From an uncultured Acidimicrobiaceae bacterium (lineage in GTDB: Bacteria; Actinomycetota; Acidimicrobiia; Spongiisociales; UBA5794), in the NCBI GenBank assembly GCA_964596225.1, contig CAZQUB010000001.1, positions 8,944-72,943 on the forward strand: DNA of 64,000 nt. Direction: 5' to 3'. Positions 54,809 to 61,647 of this stretch are shown here, piece by piece. Within the stretch, counting starts at the first letter, position 1, and each line of letters opens with the position of its first letter. The notes beneath the pieces were generated by a model. It made no database searches and was not told where the DNA came from. It was given only the letters and a program-made list of their open reading frames with translations. The position numbers were made by a program, and so were the translations under genes.

Positions 54809-55351
54809 TCACTGCTTCCGGAGGATACCGAACGATCCCACCGTCGCCACCGCGCTGCCGATGAGCACGATCCACAACCCGTACCCGACCGAGGCGGAGG
54901 CGACGTCGTCGGAGAAGCTCGACAGGTCCGACGCCACCCGCTGGATGTCGATGAAGTCGTAGAGGGCGATGCCGAACAGGATGAGGCAGGCGACGATGGC
55001 GAAGATGGTGGCACCCCGCGTGATGCCGGGCTTCATGGCACGGAAGGCGACGAAGGCGAGCACGGCGCCGATGAACAGGGTGAGGACGCCGTCCCCGTCG
55101 GTGCCGGAGACGTTGATGCTCCCCACGAAGATCGACACGCTCGCCCACGGCAGGAATGACCCCAGCACGACCGCGGCGGCGCCGATCAGCATGGCCCGCG
55201 ACCATGGCGCGGCCCTGTCGGGCGCCGCGGCGGCACGGGCCGGATCGCTCGGGAGCGCCGGCTCCCCGGTGAGCGGGTGGCCGCAGTTGGCACAGGTGGC
55301 GGCGTCGCCGGGAACCTCGTGGCCGCACTCCGGGCAGGTGATCAAGGTCAT
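54809..55351 (-). CDS. Zinc-ribbon domain membrane protein
   Basis: It has an N-terminal CPECGH-x11-CANCGH zinc ribbon and four predicted TM helices. It lies 7 nt upstream of the beta-lactamase-like gene. Confidence 0.55.
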   Translation of the reverse strand: MTLITCPECGHEVPGDAATCANCGHPLTGEPALPSDPARAAAAPDRAAPWSRAMLIGAAAVVLGSFLPWASVSIFVGSINVSGTDGDGVLTLFIGAVLAFVAFRAMKPGITRGATIFAIVACLILFGIALYDFIDIQRVASDLSSFSDDVASASVGYGLWIVLIGSAVATVGSFGILRKQ

Positions 55352-55406
55352 CGGTGTCCTTCCTCGCTGGCGGTGACGTTACCCCACGGATACGGTCCGG
55401 CGCCGG

Positions 55407-56270
55407 GTGCACGCGTTTCCGGTCCCGCCGCGGGATAATGCCGTCGTGAGCGGTACCGCCGACGGTTCGATGCTGGACACCTTGGAGTTGCGCCCCCAAC
55501 CCTGGGCGAATGGAGAGGATCTCGATGACGAGGTCCGCATCGTGATCGACGGGACGGATCTGATCGACCTGGTGACCGTCGCCGAGGACGGCCTCGCCCC
55601 TCGCGCCGGGCCTTCCATCGCCGACTCCTATGCCGGGCTGCGACCCGCCGAGGTGCTGTGGCCCAGCCACCACCTCCTCGGCGCCCCCCAAGCGATGTGG
55701 CAGGTCTGTGGCGTCAAGACGGCCTTGCTGCGCTGCCGCCTCTGCGACGGCGAGATCCGCTGGCCGGTGCTCGCCAAGATCGAGATCTCCGACCACGGCG
55801 TGGTGTGGCGCGACTTCGAGCAGCGCCGTTGCGCCGATCCGGACGTCCCGGGGTCGGCGGAGGAGCGTCACGACTATCCGACGCTCGGTCCCTTCCGGTT
55901 CTCCCGTCTCCAGTACGAGGCCCAGGTCCGCCAGGTCCCCACGATGGCGGTGTTCCATGCGGTGGAGCCAGGCGAGTTGCAGTTCATCGAGGAGTCCGGA
56001 TGGCGGCGCTTCGCCCCCGCCGCGCCTGACGACCCGGTGACGACACTGGCCCTGACCTGGGGTCACGCCCGGCGGCTCGCCGCCGACGGCACGCGCCACC
56101 GGTCCGTGATCCGCTGCAACGTCGCCACCTCGTTCCTCACCCGCTACCGGGTCGTGGCGACCGGCGGCGCGGGTGAACAGGAGTATCGGGTTTCCCCCTC
56201 CGACCTCGACGCCCTCAATGCCGCCCTGGTGGGCCCCATCGAGGTGGCCGACGGTCCCGGCGGCGCCTGA
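55407..56270 (+). CDS. Hypothetical protein
   Basis: The 287 aa ORF has balanced composition. The start is uncertain: the GTG at 55407 or a downstream Met. No homology was recognised. Confidence 0.4.
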   Translation: MHAFPVPPRDNAVVSGTADGSMLDTLELRPQPWANGEDLDDEVRIVIDGTDLIDLVTVAEDGLAPRAGPSIADSYAGLRPAEVLWPSHHLLGAPQAMWQVCGVKTALLRCRLCDGEIRWPVLAKIEISDHGVVWRDFEQRRCADPDVPGSAEERHDYPTLGPFRFSRLQYEAQVRQVPTMAVFHAVEPGELQFIEESGWRRFAPAAPDDPVTTLALTWGHARRLAADGTRHRSVIRCNVATSFLTRYRVVATGGAGEQEYRVSPSDLDALNAALVGPIEVADGPGGA

Positions 56271-56294
56271 GTCTCCACCGATCCTGCACGAGGT

Positions 56295-57161
56295 TCAGCC
56301 GGTCCGGATCGCCTCCAGTACCCGCCGGGTGGCGTTCGAGCGGTTCAGGGTGAAGAAGTGGATGCCCGGCGCGCCCCCGGCGAGCAGGCCTCTCGCCTGG
56401 GCGGTCGCATGCGCCACCCCGATCTCGACCACCTGATCCCCCTCACCCCCGGTGGCCTCGAGCCTGGCCAGCAGGTCGGCCGGGATCGTCGCCCCACAGA
56501 TGGCGGTGAAACGCTTGATCTGCGACAGGTTCGTGATCGGCATCAACCCGGGCACGATGGGGACGTCGATGCCGACGGCCCGAGCCCGCTCCACGAACCG
56601 GAAGTAGTCGGCGTTGTCGAAGAAGAGCTGGGTCACCAGCAGCTCGGTGCCGGCGTCGACCTTCTCACTCAGGTGGGCCAGATCCTCCTCCATGCTGGAC
56701 GCCTCGGGATGCTTCTCCGGGTAGCAGGCGCCTGCGATCGACAGCCGGTGCCGGGCCTTGATGAACGCCACGAGATCGCTGGCGTGGGCGAACCCGCCCT
56801 CGACCGGGGTGAACGTGGTCTCCCCCCGCGGTGGGTCGCCCCGCAACGCCAGGACGTTCTCGATGCCGCCGGCCACCAGATCTTCGAGCACCGACTCGAT
56901 CTCCCGACCCGAAGACCCGACACAGGTGAGGTGTGCCACCGTCTCGATGCCGGTCTCTGCCTTGATGCGTTTCACCAACTCGACGGTGAGCCGGCGCGAC
57001 GATCCCCCCGCGCCGTAGGTCACCGAGACGAAGCCGGGCTGGAAGGGGCGCAGCTCGGCAACGGTCCGCAGCAGTCGTTCCACGCCGTCCTCGTCCTTGG
57101 GAGGGAAGAACTCGAACGAGAAGCATGGTGAGCGGGCAGTGAGGATCTCCGAAAATGTCAC
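56295..57161 (-). CDS. metF: 5,10-methylenetetrahydrofolate reductase
   Basis: It has SFEFFPPK, VTYGAGGS and HLTCV, and belongs to the TIM-barrel MetF family. I placed the start at the GTG at 57161. The track ORF 56295..57536 is N-extended with a Val-rich low-complexity stretch. Confidence 0.8.
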   Translation of the reverse strand: MTFSEILTARSPCFSFEFFPPKDEDGVERLLRTVAELRPFQPGFVSVTYGAGGSSRRLTVELVKRIKAETGIETVAHLTCVGSSGREIESVLEDLVAGGIENVLALRGDPPRGETTFTPVEGGFAHASDLVAFIKARHRLSIAGACYPEKHPEASSMEEDLAHLSEKVDAGTELLVTQLFFDNADYFRFVERARAVGIDVPIVPGLMPITNLSQIKRFTAICGATIPADLLARLEATGGEGDQVVEIGVAHATAQARGLLAGGAPGIHFFTLNRSNATRRVLEAIRTG

Positions 57162-57342
57162 AGCACCCGGCAGGATACCGACGGCGTCCCGTCCGGAATG
57201 CGGCGTGTCACGCGGTGGGATCGGTCTCCACCAGATCACTGGCGTTTGTGACGGCGGCCCCCTCCTTCTGGGAACCGTCGGAGGTACCGTGACGTTGTCG
57301 CGTCCGACGGCGACCCGCCGGACACACGAGAAGGGGACCTCG

Positions 57343-58452
57343 ATGAGTCGCAGGATGCTGGTACTGGTTGCAGGAGCGCTGCTGGCAGCCGGATGCGGCG
57401 CCGCCGACACGGCCGACACTACGACGACGGAACCTCCGGTCGAGACGTCGACGACCATTGCGACTCCGACGACCGCCGCGACGTCGACGACCTCGATGGT
57501 CATCGCCTTCGATCCGACCTCGACGACCTCGAGCACGCTGCCCCCGGCGCCCGAGATGGCGTCGGTGGACCCACTCGCGTGGGGTCTCTTCTGCCGCGAT
57601 CTCGTGGACGCCGGCTGGGACTACGAAGGTGCCGTCGCCTATTGGAACGTCGAGGGCCGGCCCGCCCGGATGGACGCCGACGAGAACGGCATCCCCTGTG
57701 AGACCGTCTACCCGGCGAGCGACGTCACCGCATATTGGGGTGATCCTCTACCGACCGGTCTCGCCCCGGGTCCCGGGAGCGGCTGGCGCAGCACGGATCT
57801 CACTCCTTCGGTCGCCAAGGGATGCTGCGGGATGAACGACAACGGTCCGGTGTCGCCGCCGTTGCCTCCTGCCGCGGGCCCCTACCCGGACGATGGCCCG
57901 TATTCCGTCGCGATCTCGCGGTCGCCTGCCCCGACCGACGACCTCACGCTCGAGGTCCGGCGCTGGTTGCCCTGCGCCGACGCACCCGACCGCTGCGCGC
58001 CCGATGCCGTCCCCGGGGACGTCTACGCCGATCCCGAGCACGCGGTCGTGCGCACCGTGCCGCTCGATTCCGCGCTGCGCGTGGTGATCCGGAGCATCGG
58101 CCACGTCACCGGCAACGAATGGACGGAGCCGAGCATCGAGGGGGACGGCTCCGCGCTCGCCACCCTGTTCCGCCGGTACGACGCGGCGTGGACCTACGCC
58201 GCCCCCCTGCTGGAGGGCGAGAACGATCTCCTGACGAGGGGGAGAATCGATCCCACCTTCCCCTACGGTCCGTCGCCCGGGGAGGAATGGGTGCTCGGCT
58301 ACCGGGGCCCGGCCGGTTCGTACCTGACGACCAACTCCTTCGCGATGGCCGGACAGGATCGGGCTTCGGGGTGGTACCACTGGTGGCCCACCCTCGAGGT
58401 CATCGACGGAACGCCGGTGCTGTTCCTGTGGGCCGGCCAGATCGCGGGCTGA
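57343..58452 (+). CDS. Lipoprotein with Excalibur-like calcium-binding motif
   Basis: The internal start MSRRMLVLVAGALLAAGCGA gives a lipobox. A Thr-rich linker follows, then a DxDxDG-x2-CE motif (MDADENGIPCE). AAGGGGA lies upstream of the ATG. Confidence 0.6.
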   Translation: MSRRMLVLVAGALLAAGCGAADTADTTTTEPPVETSTTIATPTTAATSTTSMVIAFDPTSTTSSTLPPAPEMASVDPLAWGLFCRDLVDAGWDYEGAVAYWNVEGRPARMDADENGIPCETVYPASDVTAYWGDPLPTGLAPGPGSGWRSTDLTPSVAKGCCGMNDNGPVSPPLPPAAGPYPDDGPYSVAISRSPAPTDDLTLEVRRWLPCADAPDRCAPDAVPGDVYADPEHAVVRTVPLDSALRVVIRSIGHVTGNEWTEPSIEGDGSALATLFRRYDAAWTYAAPLLEGENDLLTRGRIDPTFPYGPSPGEEWVLGYRGPAGSYLTTNSFAMAGQDRASGWYHWWPTLEVIDGTPVLFLWAGQIAG

Positions 58453-58456
58453 GGAG

Positions 58457-58471
58457 GTCGGCCGACCTTTC
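58457..58471 (+). terminator. Candidate intrinsic terminator (perfect 12-bp palindrome GGTCGGCCGACC followed by TTT)
   Basis: It lies 5 nt after the lipoprotein stop codon. It has a GC-rich stem but only a short U-tract. Confidence 0.3.
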
Positions 58472-58627
58472 CTGCGTCTCCCCCCTGGGCCGGGTGAGGT
58501 TCCACCTCTGTTGTGGTCCGGCGGCGGCAGGACCGTACAGGTCTTGTGTGGCGTCGGGATGGTGCGGTAGGGGGCGCCGGACCGAATCGCTCCCCCGGCC
58601 CCCGATCTCCCTGCTATAACCTAATTA

Positions 58628-61057
58628 GTGAGTAGGTCACTCAAGATCATTCCGCCGATCGTGCTGGCGGCGCTCCTCGCCTCGGGCGTCGCCGCCGCGC
58701 AGGACGTTCCCTTCGACGGGGACGTCGACACCTCCGACGAGGTCATCGTGGTGACCGGGTCCCGGCTCCAGGATGTCGATCCGATCGTCGAGAGTCCCGT
58801 CGGCCAGGAGATCGACCCGGTGCTGCCCGCCCCCCGACTCGTCGGGGTCGCCTCGGAGGTCTTCGCCCTCGACACGCCGATCGAAGAGCTCCCCGCCCCG
58901 ACGATCGGCGCCGAGGAGGCGACGTTCTTTCACTCGATCCCCGGTGACTACGCCTACTACGGGGACGGCACCGCGTTCGCCGTCCACACCATGCTCATCG
59001 ACGTCGGGGACGACTGGCAGGACCACTGGCCCTATTTCGAAGCTGCGGTGTTCCTCTCCAAGGCCGGCGTCCCCGGCGCCGACCCCCAACCGGGGGTGAC
59101 GAACGACCCCGGCACCGGCGCCGCCCAGGTGAGTTCGATCGTGTGGGCGGGAGGTCAGCTCCAGTCGGTGGTCGGCTTCGCCCAGGACGGCGTCATGAAC
59201 CTGTACCAGAACGCCTACGAGACCACGCTCAACCCCGTTGACGGCCACATCCTCGTCAGCCACTGGATCGCCGATCCCACGCTCACACCGACCTTCGTGG
59301 TGTCGTGGTCGGAGGATCCCACCTCCCCCGAGTCCGTCGGGTTCGTCCGAGTCGAGGGCGAGGCGCCCGGCACCCGGAACCCGGTGCAGACCGCGATCGG
59401 CGACGAGGAGCGCAGTGACATCATCCGGGTCTACGCCACCAAGGTCGCCAGCCTCGCCGGCGGCGCGGTGGCCTCCACGACGACGACCAGTTCTGCGACG
59501 ACGACCGAAGCCGAGCCGGAACCGACCACGAGCGCGGCCGATCCCGAGCCGACGGTGACGTCGGGCGAGGAGGTCCCGGTTGGAGCCGGACCGTCGGGCG
59601 ACAACACGACCACCGGGGGAAGCTCGGTCCTCCTGTTCGTTGTCGGTGGGTTCGTCGTCTTGATCCTGATCGGCGGCGGGATCTGGTTCTTCATGACCCG
59701 CCGCGAGACACCAACGGGCCCACCCATCAGCGGCCCGGGCGACGCCCCGGAGACCTCCCCACCGGAGGAGGGCCCGGTCGGGCCGCTCATGAGCGACGTG
59801 GACGAGGTGCTCGGCATCGGGGAGGCCCTCGGTTACCCGCTGGTCGACGGCTGGCAGCAGGTGCCGTTCGCAGAGGTGCGGGAGCAGCGGCTGTACTTCC
59901 CAGCCTTCGGGAGGAGCTTCCCCGACCCGGAGACATCCGCCTTCTGGATCAAGGACGGTTCCGTCCGCCTCGGCACCAAGGAGGCGCCACCGCAGGACCC
60001 CGGCGAGACCGCATCGGGGCCTCCACCCGAGTCCGGCGACACCTTGCTCGGCGGCGACCCCCACGCCAACCTCATGCACCAGCCGTCCTCTCCCCCGGCG
60101 GGCTCGGCTTCGTCACCCGAGTCCGGCGACACCATGCTGGGCGGCGACCCCCACGCCAACCTCATGCACCATCCGGGTCCTGGAGACACGGCCCCGCCGG
60201 CGGCCGAGGACCCGACGGCGACGGACGGCGCCTCACCGGGCGACGGGACGACCGAACCGGACGGGTCCGAGGCCCCGTGGTGGGGCTCGGGGGCTCCCCC
60301 GGTGGGGCCACGCGACGAGGTGCCGGTGGCGTCCGATCCGCTCCTCACCCCCGACAACGATCCGTACGGGGTGCTCGAGGGTGCGGTGGACGTGAGCGTG
60401 CGTCCCATCACCGTGTCACTCGCGTCCTCCACGTTGACCGGCGACGAGGCGGAGCGGATGCGCCGCCTCCAGGACATCGTCGTCGGGGCCCGCGGCACCG
60501 GCGACATCCCGGCGGTCGCCGAGCACCTGTGGGCGTTCAACGAGTGGCACAAGGAGACGTTCGGCGAACCCTGGTTCACGTGGACCAACGACGAGGGTGA
60601 CGACACCCTCATCGGCGCCACCACCGTCGACCGGTTCCTGCGGTCGAGGAAGATGTGCTGCTACGAGTTCGTGCATTTCTGCGCCTACCTCGCCAGCGAC
60701 CAGCTCGGGCGGCCCCGCCTGGTCGACCAGGGCGTGGTCGAAGGGGAACGCCCCACCTGGGGCACCCAAGCCCGCCTCTTCCCGCCTCGCTATGCCACAC
60801 CTTCGGGAGATGCGCCCCGCGGCGAGGTCATCACGGGAGTGAGCTCGATCACCGGCGTCAACAAGGCCGGCTACAGCCACGTCGTCATCAGCCTCGGCGA
60901 CGGCCAGGTCGTCGGCCTCGGCTATGCCGGCCTGGAGAAGGAGCCGCTCGACGGCGCCTTTGGCATGACCTACGGCGACCTCGAGCACGGCCCCTACACC
61001 TACCGGGCGCAGAACCCGGCCCCGGCGCATCCCACCGCCCCGACGAAACACTGGTAG
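58628..61057 (+). CDS. Large single-pass membrane protein with signal peptide, extracytoplasmic domain, TM, and a cytoplasmic domain carrying a tandem 20-aa repeat
   Basis: The 809 aa product has a signal peptide (IIPPIVLAALLASGVAAAQD), a Thr-rich linker, a TM segment (SVLLFVVGGFVVLILIGGGIWFF), and two copies of PESGDT(L/M)LGGDPHANLMH(Q/H)P. The GTG start lies in an AT-rich stretch. No domain was recognised. Confidence 0.6.
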   Translation: MSRSLKIIPPIVLAALLASGVAAAQDVPFDGDVDTSDEVIVVTGSRLQDVDPIVESPVGQEIDPVLPAPRLVGVASEVFALDTPIEELPAPTIGAEEATFFHSIPGDYAYYGDGTAFAVHTMLIDVGDDWQDHWPYFEAAVFLSKAGVPGADPQPGVTNDPGTGAAQVSSIVWAGGQLQSVVGFAQDGVMNLYQNAYETTLNPVDGHILVSHWIADPTLTPTFVVSWSEDPTSPESVGFVRVEGEAPGTRNPVQTAIGDEERSDIIRVYATKVASLAGGAVASTTTTSSATTTEAEPEPTTSAADPEPTVTSGEEVPVGAGPSGDNTTTGGSSVLLFVVGGFVVLILIGGGIWFFMTRRETPTGPPISGPGDAPETSPPEEGPVGPLMSDVDEVLGIGEALGYPLVDGWQQVPFAEVREQRLYFPAFGRSFPDPETSAFWIKDGSVRLGTKEAPPQDPGETASGPPPESGDTLLGGDPHANLMHQPSSPPAGSASSPESGDTMLGGDPHANLMHHPGPGDTAPPAAEDPTATDGASPGDGTTEPDGSEAPWWGSGAPPVGPRDEVPVASDPLLTPDNDPYGVLEGAVDVSVRPITVSLASSTLTGDEAERMRRLQDIVVGARGTGDIPAVAEHLWAFNEWHKETFGEPWFTWTNDEGDDTLIGATTVDRFLRSRKMCCYEFVHFCAYLASDQLGRPRLVDQGVVEGERPTWGTQARLFPPRYATPSGDAPRGEVITGVSSITGVNKAGYSHVVISLGDGQVVGLGYAGLEKEPLDGAFGMTYGDLEHGPYTYRAQNPAPAHPTAPTKHW

Positions 61058-61174
61058 CGGCTCAGACCGGCGGGTGTCGTTCGCCGTGACGTGCCACGGC
61101 CAGAGCTTCGTTTCCCCAGCCCGTGACGACGGGCCGGCCCTGGAGGCGACGGGACGCAGGTTCCGTCAGCGGCG

Positions 61175-61588
61175 TCAACTCTCCTCGAAGACGACACCCG
61201 GGTAGGGAACGTCGGTGTCCGTCGTGAGGCGCACCACCAGGGCAGCGGCGCCATCTTCGGTCAACCCGTGCGCCACCACGTCGAATCCCCCCGCCGTCGA
61301 CGCCTCCTTGGCGAACTCGTCGAAGTCGTTGGCGGCGAGCACCGACAGCACCTCATCGGCCGTCGCCTCGTCGACCTGGTATTGCACCCTGACCATGAAG
61401 ACTCCGGTCCCCGCCGCAGCGGTGGTCTCGGAGATGGCAGCCGTGGTGGTGGCGGCCTCCGCCGAGTCGGTTCCAGACGAGCTGCCGCAGGCGGTGGCCG
61501 CCATCGCGATCGCCACCCCGGCCGCCGCGACCGCCAGGAGGTGCCGGCGCGGTGCGTGTTCGCCTCTCGGTGTCGCTCGCTGATCCAT
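61175..61588 (-). CDS. Small lipoprotein
   Basis: It has a signal peptide plus lipobox (AMAATACGSS) and an Ala/Thr-rich linker. It is 137 aa. Confidence 0.5.
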   Translation of the reverse strand: MDQRATPRGEHAPRRHLLAVAAAGVAIAMAATACGSSSGTDSAEAATTTAAISETTAAAGTGVFMVRVQYQVDEATADEVLSVLAANDFDEFAKEASTAGGFDVVAHGLTEDGAAALVVRLTTDTDVPYPGVVFEES

Positions 61589-61647
61589 CTCGCCACCTAA
61601 GGTACGAGAGACGGCTAAAGGAACCCTTAAGAGCTGGGGGCAGGCAC

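Noticed and set aside
60026-60171. 56-bp direct repeat x2 examined as a possible CRISPR or repeat element
   Set aside because: It is intragenic, in-frame and encodes the duplicated peptide motif of the 809 aa membrane protein. It is not a CRISPR array. No other direct-repeat arrays were seen.
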